Part shown: positions 28,180 to 42,135 of the stretch, one piece after another
Numbering within the stretch: position 1 is the stretch's first letter
How the letters are laid out: the number at the start of each line of letters is the position of its first letter
Notes under the pieces: generated by a model
What the model saw: the letters and a program-made list of their open reading frames with translations, nothing else
What the model was told of the DNA's origin: nothing
Database searches by the model: none
NCBI GenBank assembly: GCA_030770535.1
Contig: JASVEC010000023.1
Location: 124,001-188,000 of the forward strand
Reading direction: 5' to 3'
Source: Batkoa obscura
Lineage: Eukaryota
Length of the DNA: 64,000 nt
Program-made: the position numbers and the translations under genes

Positions 28180-28407
28180 TATTTTAATACTTTGCTTGCT
28201 TTTTGAAAAACTTAAGATGATTTACAAGTAAAAAAGCAAAGATCTTGATTTTAGTATAAATTGTAATTTTTTGATGCATTATTTATTAATAATTATAAAT
28301 GATTGAGATAATAAATTACTTCTATAATTTTATTAGATTAATATATAGTTATAACAGCTAGCTTTTGAACTTAAAAGCATAAATTTTAAAATTAATAAAA
28401 GAACATT

Positions 28408-28507
28408 TGGGGATGATTTTTTTGGTTTGACTACTTTTTTCATTTTTAAGCGCTATTTGAGTGGAAAAACTATTAGTAGAATTCTCAGACACAAAAAAAC
28501 ATCCCCA
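28408..28507 (+). mobile_element. MITE copy
   Basis: TGGGGATG...CATCCCCA; flanks TT/TA. Confidence 0.9.
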
Positions 28508-28710
28508 TATTCTTATTAATTAGTTTTTAGTTTAATATCAACTTTTTTAAACCTTTTTAATTTTTTTAAAATATAAAGAGTTTATTTAGGCTTACTATGA
28601 ATAAGAAATTTATTTGTTTTAAACTGTATTTTAATAAAGTACAATTTTATTCAGTAATAATACTGTTATCAATTTTTCAAATTTCAAATTTTTAAGTTTT
28701 TTAAAATAAA

Positions 28711-28804
28711 TGGAGTTGTTTTAGTTTCATTATTTTTCCATTTTTTAAGCACTATTTGAGTAGAAAGATTATAGTAAAATTCTTAAACAAAAAACACATC
28801 CCCA
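28711..28804 (+). mobile_element. MITE copy
   Basis: Consensus match; AA/AA flanks. Confidence 0.88.
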
Positions 28805-29184
28805 AATAATAGACAAAAAAAAATGCTTTTATAAGTAATTTTAAAATTAAACAAGAATGTAAATAACTTTATAATATTTTGTATTGAATTTATAACATTT
28901 GTTAAAAATTAAACTAGATAAAACTCTAATCAAAATTTTAAACTAACCTATATTTAAAAAGTTGTTTTAATTAATAAAAATTTAAAAAATACAGCTTTTT
29001 ATAATACTTAAACAATTAATAAATGCCTGTTTTCATATTAAATTTTTAATATAATTATAGAAAAAATTGAAATAACTATTTAAAAATATCTTTTAAAATA
29101 TAAAAATAGCTAAGATAGTACTTTTTTAACTAACATAAAAAAAACTCAAGTTATTATTCAATCAAGAGCTTTAAAGTATTAATG

Positions 29185-29284
29185 TGGAGGTGTTTTTTTC
29201 AACTTCATTACTTTTTCTATTTTTAAGCACTATTTGAACAGAAAATTTGCTAGTAAAGTTCTTGAACGCAAAAATACATCCCCA
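29185..29284 (+). mobile_element. MITE copy
   Basis: Consensus match; TG/TG flanks. Confidence 0.88.
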
Positions 29285-29590
29285 TGTTTTGTATCATTGG
29301 TTAAATCACCGTTTTATAAACTATTAGTACTATAAAATTCAATGAATTTATAAAACTTTGAAAATTATTTTAATCAATAATAAATTTATTTACTATATTT
29401 AGAAAATCTAGTTTCAAAATCAACCTTTGTTCAATTGAAGCATTTCTCTCTACTTAAAATAATCCCCTTTGATTGGGTATTCTATGGACTTTCATTGTTT
29501 CTATTGGCTTATTTTTATTGAATTTTCAAGGATTCTAAGTTGGTAAAATTGAAATCAAGTTTTAGTGAATATTAATATCTTTTTTGAAAA

Positions 29591-31096
29591 ATGAGTAATT
29601 TCAATGAACATGGAGTATCACAAACCATTAGCTATGGGTTTAGTTATCTCTTCAATTTACCGAAAGCAATTTATAATTTCACAATGGGGACTAAAACACA
29701 TGAAATGGATTTAAATAAGATGAAAGTAAATCAATCTAGCATAAATTCAAATAATAAAAATAAATTGAAACCTCAATTAAGTATTAATAAGAAAGTAAAT
29801 TTTATTTTTTAAATGTTTCTTTTTTTTGTATTAATTTATCATTCTTTTTATTTTAGTGTCATAAAAAAATAAAAAGTAAGTTATTCAATATTGTCAAATT
29901 TAAATGAAATTAAATTTGAATTTCAGATAAAGTCACAATCCAATATAATAATTTTTGGGATTTTTACAATTCACCAGAAACAATAGCAAAGGAGTAAATT
30001 TATTTCATTTATATTAAATTGAAGTATTTATTAAAATTTTATTTAAAAAGTAAATTCAATCTCGTTAAACTTCAACATTTAAAACAAACGGATCTCAATT
30101 TAAAAGATACCAGTATACTTTCAACTATTTTACAAAATAATGCGTTTGGCACTCTTGATTATCAATATTATTATAAATCATCAGAAATACCTGATTTATT
30201 TAATAAAGTGGAAATTCCAAGGGATTTCAATTTATTGGTAAGATTATTTTAAAATCACTTGTTTATTTTAATTATTAAGTTTTGTTAATAATTTTTATTT
30301 ATATAAATAAATAGCTTGAAAAAAGTCGGATGGGTAAGTTAGATACTTGTCCTACACCATATAGAAGTTTATCTACTTTGATTGGTAATACTTGGTTAAA
30401 TGATGATGTAGGTTAAGATTAATTTGATCAAATAATATCAAGAATCAAAATTTATTAAATTCCTTATTTTTAGGTAATTAATCGATATTTAGAATTAATA
30501 GTTGAAAACTCAGAGAAACAAGAAAGTAAACAATTGACGATTCATCGATTTACGACCTATTTTTTTACTACTTTAGTTGAACAAGGGTATAAAAAGGTGG
30601 CTAGATGGACACGTAAAACAGATATTTTTAAAAAAGATATATTGTTGATACCTATCAATTTAAATAATGCCCATTGGGCTTGTGCTATTGTTCATTTTAA
30701 AAGAAAAAGAATTGAATATTATGATTCAATTCCAAGTACAAATTCAAAAAATCATGTGGTTGGAGTAAGTCTATTGAGACGATAAAGTTAATGTTATTAT
30801 AACAATTACTAATGTTTTATTTGTAGATACTTAAAAGTTATTTAAATGAAGAATGTATGGATAAAAAGAAAATTCCATTTAATTTTGATGAATGGACAGA
30901 TTATACACCTAACTTAATACCTCAACAAATGAATGGTACAGATTGTGGAGTATTTTTATTATCATTTGCTACTTGTTTAATTCATCCTAAATTCCAAAAA
31001 AATAGGGAAATTCAATTTCCATTTAATCAAAATGATATTCAATATATTAGAAAGAGAATATTATATGAATTATTAACAGAGAAATTATTAAATTAA
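29591..31096 (+). CDS. Ulp1/SENP family SUMO protease (C48 peptidase), multi-exon
   Basis: WLNDDVIN, GYKKVARWTRK, IPINLNNAHW (His), YYDS (Asp), PQQMNGTDCGVF (Gln/Cys) and FNQNDIQYIRKRI. The 5' exons are less certain. Confidence 0.88.
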
Positions 31097-31400
31097 GATA
31101 ATAAATTTTCAATTATTTAAAATCAAATTATTTATAATATAAATCAAAATAATATCTTAAATGTTATCATAGATATTACTCTCTTCTCCCTTATCTTTTT
31201 TAACATTATTATATTCTACATTATACTAATGATTAAGTTGTAGTTTAAAATAGTATGATTAATAGTATTTTTTTTTTAAAAAGAAGGAATAAAAGATAAT
31301 GTATTATTTTATAATAAGAAATCAAAATAAATTAATATAAATCAATAAAATAATTGCTGTCTTTTTAATGATATTTATTATAATAGAATTAAATATATAA

Positions 31401-34400
31401 TTAAGGTAAATGTAACCTATTATTTTTAATCCATAGAGCATTTTTCTTATTGAAAAATTTATCAGGAACATGAAGAAAATAACGATCAATATTAAATCGA
31501 AATCGATGTTTATAATTGGATGGAGAAACAATTGTAGGCAATTCACCACCTCCACCTAAAATACCTGATTCTTTAACCCAAGATTCTAATTTTTTATCCC
31601 AAGTAAAAGTTCGAATAAAATCCACAATACCAATAATTAATTGATGATTTTCTTCATCAATACCAACTAATAACGAATAATCCATTACTTTCAAACTTGA
31701 TAGAAATTTAGTATCATTGAAGATAGCCATATGTAATTGTTGTTTAGAATGAGATCGAATAAAAATTGGTGATTTACATATGATTTCCATAAAATTTTCA
31801 TCTAATAATACTTCATTTTCTTTTCCTGTAGATTGTACATGACGATTTCGGAACGAACCTTTTAAATCAAATATTCGACTAATTTTACGTTCATAAAATA
31901 AATTTTCCATTATCAATACATCAATTTTTAAACTTCTTCCAGTATGTATGTTTTTAATATTAATTCGAAAAATTCCAAAGATTTTAGCTAATAAAACTGG
32001 TAACTAAATAATATTAAAAGAAAAGAATTAATTATTAATTATTATAATTAATTATTGCTAATAAAAATTATTACCCCTTCAAACAAAGCTTCTCCAATAT
32101 GATTGAAATATAATGGTGCAAATTTTAAAAAGGCATCTAATTCGGCTTTAGAAACTTCTTTCATTACTAATCGATTATCTAAAAATAAATTAACATTAAA
32201 TAAATTATATTTCATTTTTATTCAAATTTTAATTAATTTACCTCGAGTTTTTAAAAAAATAGCTGAAGATTTACCCCCAGAATTATTCCATTTAACACAT
32301 CGAGCTAATGATTCGATAAACAAATCTTCTTGATCGCAATATTTTCTTAATGCTTCAAATTGTAATGCATAAAAGATTTTACATGTTAGTTTAACTGCTC
32401 CTTCATTTAATTGATATCTCATATGATGTCCAACTTGACTTTTTAATTCTTTTTCAATATCCATAGGTATTTTATCTTCTATTCCATTATTATTATTATT
32501 GTTTCCAGTTAATTCATGTAATTGAGTCAATCTACCCTTATTATTATTATTTTGATATATACTTTTTCTTATTAAATTAATTTGTTCAAAATATTCTTTA
32601 GTTGATAATGTAAATGCTATAATAGAACTTGGTTCATCTTCTCTTAATACAATAGGTGAATCTGGAAATATATGTTCAGTTACTTGAATAGGATATTCTA
32701 ATGGTATTTGTCCAATAGCTGATACTCCACCTAGAAAAGTAGATAATGTTTGTATTATTGAACTACGATCGTTATTATTATTATTATTTTGATTATTATT
32801 TAATTCTATTACAGCTTTGTTATTTTCATCTTTAAATAAATTAGTTTGTTGATTATTGGTGTCATCTTTAGGTGAAATAGGTGGTGAATTATTAGGGGAT
32901 CCATTTTGAGGTAATAAATCTAATGTTGGCTTTAAATTGAAATCTAATAAATTATCCATTAGATTATTATTTAATTGATTTTCTCTTGATAAATTTAACT
33001 CCCTAGTTTCCATATTAGGAGATAATAAATCATCAAAGTTATTTAATGTAGATAAAATTGGTTTTTTCATTTCATTAATATTATTTTCTTCTTCAGAATC
33101 TGATTCATCTTGTACTGCTTCTGTTGTATTTAAGTAAATTTCAATTGCTGCTTTACCATGTCGACTAGGTCGACTTGTTGCTGTTGTATTTGCTCTTTTA
33201 ATTCGATTATTTAATACTTTATGTTGAAATTCTAATGGTTCATTAAATTTCTTTTTATCAAGATTTCTTCTTTCTACTGATTTTAAATTATATTTATTTT
33301 TAATACTATCATCTGCTTTTTTTAAATTTTTTATAATATTTTGTTGTAATTGTTTATTATTATTATTATTGTTTAAATTATTATTATTATTCATTTGAGT
33401 CATTACTTTAATTGGTGGTTTCGGACTATTTCTAGCTGAATTATTTAGAGATGGTATATTTAATTTAGGTGTTAATACATTTCTACTTAAAGTCCCTATT
33501 GAATATTTGTTATTTAATAAAGATTGTTTACTATTATTTTTAGAAATTGTACCACCTAAAGATACTTTATTTGGTTTATGACTTAATATATTATTATTAT
33601 TATTATTATTATCTTCTACTAATCTTCTAGATAATGTTTCTAATCCTAAATCATCCATTGGTATAATTTTGGGTTGTAATTTTTTAAATCCTAAATTTAA
33701 ATAATCTTCAATTTGTTTTTCCGCTTTTGGTAAAGGTGTTATGGGATTTTGTGTTGGTATTGGTGACGATTGTCTTTCTTCTTTTGATTGTCTTTCTTCT
33801 AACATTAATTTTAATGAATTCCTTCGATAACTTATTGGATTCATTATTGGCTTATAAATTAATTCCATTGGCATATCATTTAATGTATTTGCCATATAAC
33901 ATAATATATCATTATCTTTAGGTGATGTACCTAATAATGGAAAATACGTATTTAAATTATTTTCTTCTTCTTCTTCTTGTTTTAATTTGATTATATTTTT
34001 ATTATTTTCTAATTCAGTTAATTCTTTTAATAATTTTTCTCTTTCAATCAAATTATCATTTTCAATTTCTCTTTCTGGAAATAATCTTCTTAATTGATTT
34101 GTTGTTAATCTTCTTAAATCTTTTTCATTTTGCAAATATTTTTGAATTACATTAGTGAATTCGTTATCCCATTCAGTTATCTTTTCTTGTAATATTCTTA
34201 ATACTAAATTTAAAGCTAAAGTGTCTGTTGGATGTGAATTTAAATACGTTTGTTGTAATATTTGTAATGTATAACTTCTTTCTGCTGCTACTCTTCGGGA
34301 CATTTCCATTAAATCTTGTCGACAAGTTTCTGATTTTGCTGCTGATATACTATACATTAATAAACTTTTAACTTTTTCACTAACTGAATCCCAATACTTA

Positions 34401-37400
34401 TTAATTTTGGTTTTGAAATTATTAAAGTCTTTGAGTTTTAAATCAATTGAAATTTGATGATTAAAATATAGTTTAGTTGGTGGTACGTTAACTTCCATTA
34501 AATCAATTAATTCAAATTCAAATTTAGCTGCTAAATCATTATAACCAAAATATCTTACATGGTCTCGATGAATATCATGTGGACATAAACTAGCTCTTAC
34601 ATTTAAATTTGTTTGATAAAATGATAATTCTAAATATTTTCCTAAAGATAATTTCCAAGTTTCTTCAGCCATAGGTACTACTGGTAATACTTTTTCACAT
34701 AATTTACAATAACTCCACATTAATATGGTACTTTCCATACCTGCTATTGGCGAAGGTAATTCTTCTACTGTTACCGTTATTCTTGCATTTCCATGTACAT
34801 AACTTTTAGAATGTTTAATAACAGATTGATCACATGTTCCACATAATACCTTTAAATCAAAACAAGATAATTCTAAAAATTGACCTAAAGTTAAATCGCT
34901 TGATTTATAATATTCAATTGTATAACTTTGTGGTGGTTGACAAATAATCGTTTGAAATAAAGACACATTACAATATAATATAGTAATTGACTGATGAGAT
35001 GCTGGTGATAAAGAAGGTCGAAAATTATTTAAAAATGCATGATATGATTTAAATGTTTGTATGTGTTCTTCAATTAATGCATTGGCTCCTTTATCTGGCA
35101 TAAATTCAGAATAATATTCAGGTTGATTTTGTTTATTTTCATTTTTTAATATACTATTGTTATTATTATCTTCTTTACTTATATTACATTTATATTTTTC
35201 ATTTAATTCTTGTATTTTATTAACTTCTTCTTTCATTTTAAGTAATAAATAAGGTACTGGAAACTTAATAAATGGGGATGAAGATAATATTTTTATATTA
35301 AATGGTTCAATTAATTTATCTGTATCTAAACTTAATGGATTGAGATCTGAAGATATATAAATTTTTTCATTAATATTATTAATATCTTTTGATTCAATTG
35401 AAGTATCATTACTAACTTCAGGTGATGGAATTTTAGCTAATTCATCTCTTAATAATACTGTTTCTAATTTTAAACTATATGCAGCATTGACTAATAATCT
35501 AACAATATTTTTAATTTTATTTAATTTATCAATTGTACCACCTCTTAAAATAATAGTACAACCTAAATCTTCTTTACATCCTTTAAAATATAAATAACTT
35601 TTTTTAAAAGTGGGTATCATTTCATGCATAAAAGTTTGAACTTCAAATGTTTCACAATCTCCTAATCGTGGTTCCAACCATAATTGTTCTAAACTGGATA
35701 TTATTTCTGCTTGAGTACATCTTGCAATGGCTCGAATTACCGATCTTTTAACATTCATTGCTACACATAAATTAGCTTTGTATAAAAAATCTAAAGCAAT
35801 TCTTGATATTGTTCTTTCAGCTATAACTAAAGTGGGTCGTAATGCTAATACTCTAGCTACCATATTTTTTAAATGTTCACTTTCTTGTGCAATTACTGGT
35901 TCAATAGACATAAATTGATAATCTACCCTTTGATATTCAAATGGAAACGTAATAATTAATATTCTTGGTCGTATTAATTTTCTACTCATCATTTTATGTG
36001 TTAAATTCTTACTACATACTACCCCATCAATATATTCTGAGTTAATTGGTAATCCTCCAGGTATTTTTTTTATTTTGACATAACGTAATATATCCATACT
36101 ATCTCCACCTTTTACATTTAAATTCATTTTAAATGATGCTTGTAATACTAAAGGTATTATTATATCTTCCCATCCTTCTTCTTGACTTATATGTGCTTCA
36201 GCTAATAACTCATTAAATAATTTTTTTAAATGAGATAATGAAGCAGTGTTGATATGATTATCAAATAAACTTTTAGTTTTAATTGTTGAAGATGGTAAAT
36301 TACTATCAAGTGAACTTATAGTTAATTTACGCATTAATTTACGTGCATTTGGTGATGTTAAATTACTATTCATTAGACTTTTTCTTGGAAATGAATGAGA
36401 TTTAAATTTGCCTTCTTCATTAAATATTTCATTCCTTCTATTATATAAAATACTATCTTTAAATCCTGTTATCATGGAATAATTATCCTTTTTATTAATC
36501 ATTTTATTTAATCGTTGATATTTAACCTCTTTTTCATCCATTGTTTCTTCATTGATATTCTCTTTTCTCAGTCTATCATCTGATTTATTATTATTATTAT
36601 TATTATTGTCAATTGAATCATCTATTTGTGTTATTTTTTTATTAATTATTATTTCTGTAGGTAAAATAAGACTGTTATCCATTTTAAATTCTAAATTATT
36701 AGCTACTCTTGTACCAGCAGTTAATAAACTTTTTAAACCTTCAGGTTTAATGTTTTGATCTAATTGATTATTATTAATATTACGCAAACTATTGAATTCT
36801 TCATTAATATGTTCTTTTGATAAACAGTTGTTTAATGTATGATTTGTCTTATTTGGAAATTGATTGATAACATAAGTACATGAATCCGAATCATAATTAC
36901 GTTGATTATTGTCTTGATTATTGACCGAATTCCTTAATGTAAAACAATAATCACATACTCTAATCAAACCATTATGTCCCATACTTTCACCAGATATCAT
37001 ATTGGAAGCACAATCACTACAAAATATTTGCCCTTTAATAAAATTGAAATTAATAATGTTAATATTAAATTATTTATAATAAATGCTAAAATAGGAATTA
37101 CCACAAATACGACAGTGATGTTTTCTTCGAAATAATTGAGAAAACGGTTTACTACAATTATAGCATTCATGACAATGTTCATCTTTCATCCAATAAGCTT
37201 TATTAATACCCCCACCTTGTCCTTGTAATCGTTTTAATATATTGGTAACTGCTTCTGTTGGTCGAGTATTAAATAAACTTGATGAAGAGTTACTTCCTTC
37301 TCCATTTTTATAAAAACTATTCTTGTTTATTTCCACATTATTTTGTAAACTATTTTTGGAACTTTCGAAATCAATATTTGGACTAGAAGTATTTGTTGTA

Positions 37401-37837
37401 AAACTATCTTTTCTTTTTCTACCTTCCCATTCGTTATACCCTTTGCTACCCATATCCGTTTGAGTATCCAAACTCTTACTTGTTTCACTGTTGTTATCCG
37501 AACTATAAATAAATTTGGGTATTACATTGGCTAAATCAAACTTGTTTTCAGGTAATCTAGTATTACTTTCTTCCACTGTTTTTCTTAAATTTCTAATAGC
37601 TTCAGAAGAAGAATGATTAGAAGCTCTAGAATTTGGTCTTTTTGGCTCAACATTTAAATTAATTTCGGGAATTGTCGTTGTTGGATTATAATTTTTATTG
37701 TCTTTAGGTTCTGGATTATCAAAAATAATTGTATTCTTTACACGTTCCAAAAGTTTACTAATTAAGCCTTGCTTTTCGGTATGTTTTGAACTTTCCATCT
37801 CATCAAAACTAATAAAATTGGTATTTTTATTGGTCAT
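31401..37837 (-). CDS. FAB1: 1-phosphatidylinositol-3-phosphate 5-kinase (Fab1/PIKfyve)
   Basis: FYVE domain ([13 protein letters not shown]...[14 protein letters not shown]), CCT-like domain ([10 protein letters not shown]) and PIPK domain ([41 protein letters not shown]). Introns at about 37033-37101, 32179-32240 and 32005-32074. Confidence 0.96.
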
Positions 37838-38803
37838 TTTCGACTAACACATTGAAGTATTAAATACAAAATTAAAATTATTAATTGATTGATTAATATT
37901 AATAAATATAAATTGAGAAGTGATAATGTTATACAAAGGGTTAAAAATGCTTGTAAAATAGTAATTGTAAAAATAAAATATTTTTTTGAGGTCGTTAATT
38001 AGTTATGGTTTTGAACATGCTTTCCTAAGTGCTCAGTGATGCAATTAACAATTCGTAAAATATCATTGGTTCTTTTTATTTTACCCTCTTTGACTAAAAT
38101 TCTAAAGGTTAAGCACCCGCCTCTACGTCAAGTTTATTAATATTTGTTGGTAGTTAAATGTATAGTTATTGCATCTTTTTGATTTATTTTTTGTATTTAT
38201 ATAAATTCCAGCACCATAGATATTGTTTCAATATATTATTTAAAAAAATCGGTATAGCCAATTCTTTTATTAACCCTTAAGAAAACAACCACTTTATTGA
38301 AAACAGAAATATTACCAAATAAGGTAAAAAAGGTGAAAATAGTTGTCAAATACAGTTCGAATTGACTCTACTTATCCAGCAGTAATAAGTTTGAGCAAAT
38401 CTCCTCACATCATGTTAGAGTGATCAAGAGAGTTCAGCGCATTTAGTACTAGGGGTGAAAAATCGATCAGTGAGGGTGTGTACTAATGGAAACTGTATAG
38501 TGAGTATATCTAGCTCCCGATAGAGTTGAACAATTTGAGTCACCCACTGTTCTTGTTTTATGAATTTTAGTTCAAAATATAAAATTTGCTTATTTTCTAA
38601 GTCAATTTTTAAAATTAATAGATTATTTTTATTAATTATAATTACTTTGTTTTATTTTAATAATATTATAAGCTTTTATACTCTTGAATAAATTTATCAA
38701 TATAATTTAAATTGTTTTAAATTTCGTTTTATACGGGTTTTCATAATTTATGTTTAAAAATACTTTTTAACATAATAAATATCTTAATGATTAATGTGAC
38801 ATA

Positions 38804-38993
38804 TGAGGGTTTTTTTTAGTTTCATTACTCTCAATTTTTTAAGCACTGTTTGAGTGGAAAAGCTATTAGTAAAACTCTTAAACAAAAAGATACATCTCAT
38901 GTATCTTTTTGTTTAAGAGTTTTACTAATAGCTTTTCCACTCAAACAGTGCTTAAAAGGTAGAGAAAATAATGAAGCAAAAAAATCATCCTCA
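38804..38993. mobile_element. Inverted (tail-to-tail) MITE dimer forming a long palindrome
   Basis: A plus copy at 38804-38899 is fused to a minus copy at 38899-38993. Arms 38837-38895 and 38899-38957 are perfectly complementary. TA flanks both outer ends. Confidence 0.92.
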
Positions 38994-39921
38994 TATCTTC
39001 ATACTGTATAAAATAATAGTCATTTTTATTCAAGTAGTTGTTAGAATTCACAGCATCAAAAGCTTATAATTTAATATAAGAATATATTTTAAATTATATT
39101 TTAAAATGTTGGTGTTTAATTTTGAATAATTTACAGCTACCGCAGCTCTTTTACAACTTATCTAATAGCTCATTTGAGAAAAAAAACAGTATTAAAATTT
39201 GCTTGAATATAAGAATTGCATAATAAAAATCAACTGTGAGAATAGTTTGGTTATAAAAATTATTACTATGAAGGTCGCAAAAAAGTTGCAACAACTGTAC
39301 ATAGTAAAAAACATTGATCTCTAATTTACCATATTAATACATTCATATTATAGTGATAGTCAATAGCAAATAAGAATGCTAACTTACTACAAGTTAAATA
39401 CTAGAGTAGCACTCCATTTGATAAAAAATTAATATGATTTTCAGCCAAAATAATCAATTTTAGTTGACTTTAGTTTAATAAATATTATTAATATTCTTGC
39501 TATTTGATATAATAGTATTAAAAATTAGCAATACTAAACTACACCAAACTTTGTTAAAAAATTACCAAAGTTATTTCACATGAATAGCATAAATAATATT
39601 AAAATCGAACTTGATGATAACAATGAATTCTATCACTTATTTTGGTGCTACAATGAATAATTGACATAATCAATTCTTAGAATATTAATAATAATAACAT
39701 AAATAACTTTATTATAATATAATAAATAACAATGATAAACAAAATAAAGGCTAAATAAACAAAAAAGCTAGAATACACTAGGACAAATAACTATGGTTGG
39801 TTGAAATGATAGATTGAATACAAGCAATTGTAATATTTCAATATTAACCTCTAAAAAGGCTAAAATCTCAAAGCAATCTTGACAAAATAGGCTAAAGTAA
39901 TTGGATCCACCAATAAAATCT

Positions 39922-39960
39922 TGACTCAGATAAAACAAAAAGATGAGGTGGAATGAGTAA
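39922..39960 (+). promoter_or_regulatory. Putative Gcn4/CpcA (general amino-acid control) elements upstream of ARO2
   Basis: Perfect TGACTCA at 39922-39928 and variant TGAGTAA at 39954-39960, with CCAAT near 39910 and TATAAAA near 39987; about 120 bp upstream of the ATG. Confidence 0.5.
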
Positions 39961-40049
39961 AGGCTAATTTAAAATTTAAAACAATTATAAAAATGCAACT
40001 TACTTCATTTTGACTTCTTTAATTTTATTTCGAATTTTTTAGTTCAAAA

Positions 40050-41361
40050 ATGTCTTCTTTTGGCACTATATTTAAAGTCACTACTTATGGTGAAAGTCAT
40101 TGTTCTTCCGTTGGCTGTATAATAGAAAATGTCCCTCCAGGTTTAGAAGTAACGGAAGATTTAATTCAACCTCAATTAACTAGACGTAGACCAGGTCAAA
40201 GTAACTTAACTACTCCAGTAAATAATCCTATTTATTATAGTTTTAATATATTAAAATTAACCTTAATTATCTTATTAGCGTAATGAAGCTGACCGCGTCA
40301 AAATCGAAGCAGGTGTTGAACATGGAGTAAGTTTAGGCAGTCCCATTGCTTTAACAGTTAAAAACTTAGATCAAAGGCCACATGATTATAGTGAAACTGA
40401 TTTATACCCAAGACCAAGTCATGCTGATTGGACTTATTTATTAAAATATCAATTAAAATCTTCTTCTGGTGGAGGTAGATCTTCTGCTAGAGAAACTATT
40501 GGTCGTGTAGCTGCTGGTACCATTGCTGAACTTTACTTAAGAAAAGCATTCAACACAGAGATTGTTGCTTTTGTTTCTCAAGTGGGTAAAGTTAAAATGG
40601 ATTTCCTTAATGGTGAAGAAAACCATTTGGAATTCATGAAGTTTTTAAATACTATTGATCGCCCAACAGTAGACCAAAATAACATTCGTTGCCCAGATAT
40701 ACACGTTAGCGAGAAGATGAGAGAAGTAATAATGATAATGTTATTATATTTGAATTATTGTTAATTTTTATAGGCTATTTTAGAAGCTAAAGAAAGAAAT
40801 GATAGTATAGGTGGTGTGGTAACTTGTGTTATCCGTAATGCACCAAAAGGATTAGGGGAACCATGTTTTGATAAATTAGAAGCTAAACTTGCTCATGCTA
40901 TGTTATCTATTCCAGCTACCAAAGGGTTCGAAATTGGATCTGGGTTTAATGGAGCAGCTATGTATGGATCTCAACATAATGATAAATGGGTACCAACTGA
41001 AGGTGGCCTTTCAACTGTTACTAATTATTCAGGCGGTATACAAGGAGGTATTTCTAATGGAGAAAATATTTATTTTAATATTGCATTTAAACCAGCAGCT
41101 ACTATTTCTCAAGAGCAAGAAACTTGCACCTATGATGGTGAACCAGGTGTATTAAAAGCTCGTGGTAGACATGATCCTTGTGTGCTTCCAAGAGCTATTC
41201 CAATTGTAGAAGCTATGGCTTCTTTAGTTATTATGGATAATTTCCTTATCCAATCCGCTAGACTTTCAGCTAAGCAATTGATTCCAAATGCCAATATTCA
41301 TCCTTCCCTTTTAGGTAAAATCCCTACCAAATCTACTAATGGTATCAATGGCAATCATTAG
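40050..41361 (+). CDS. ARO2: Chorismate synthase
   Basis: [57 protein letters not shown] and [11 protein letters not shown] motifs; two introns. Confidence 0.97.
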
Positions 41362-41593
41362 TTAAATTCGATTTATTTTATTGTTTACTTTATTAAAAAA
41401 AATAAACTTAACTCACACTTAAATATTTAGTATGAAATGGCTTGATTATTAATTTAATCCTTTTCTTTATACTCTAGAAGTGACTTAGTATTCTAAACCA
41501 CAGTATTTTTTCACCCTAGATTATAGCGACTACTGTTAATAAGGCATATTTACATGTATAAATTTATTACCATTCAATTTTAATATAAACAAA

Positions 41594-41690
41594 TGAGTCC
41601 ATTTTTTGATTTCATTACTTTTCCATTTTTAAGCGCTATTTGAGTGGAAAGATTGTTAGTAAAATCCTCAAACAAAAAATTACATCCCCA
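41594..41690 (+). mobile_element. MITE copy
   Basis: Consensus match; AA/AA flanks. Confidence 0.87.
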
Positions 41691-42135
41691 AACCTTAACG
41701 TAAATTAAATTTGGGTTCTCTAGTATAAATGTATTCGAAACAAAAGCTACTTCTTGAGTGCAATGATTATTAGAATATTCGAATAGTATACTTATACAAA
41801 AATTGACTTTTATTTCGAATACGGTAATAACATTAAAATGTTCTACCAAACTATAAAATTTATACTATAAAGTGAGTATTATTTTGAAGCTATTCCGTAG
41901 ACTTTTGGATAATAACAGTAGTAATTAAAACCATCATCTTCATATCTAAAGGCAAACATGTGGATAATCTGATAAAAAACAACCTACGTAAACTTGATAA
42001 ATACTTCAAAAAATTTATAAATATTAAAAAAAATTTATTAAAATTAAAACACGCACTTTTAGAACAGCATAATAATATTTAACTCCATCTTAACATAGAA
42101 AATAAAAGATCAATTGAAGTACTATCCTTTAAAGA

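Noticed and set aside
38345..38552. Identification as RNase P/MRP RNA or U11/U12 snRNA
   Set aside because: Only isolated short resemblances (CAATTCGAACT, TGGAAAC, ATCAAGAGA) occur, on inconsistent strands, and the required partner motifs are missing. Kept only as an unassigned candidate.
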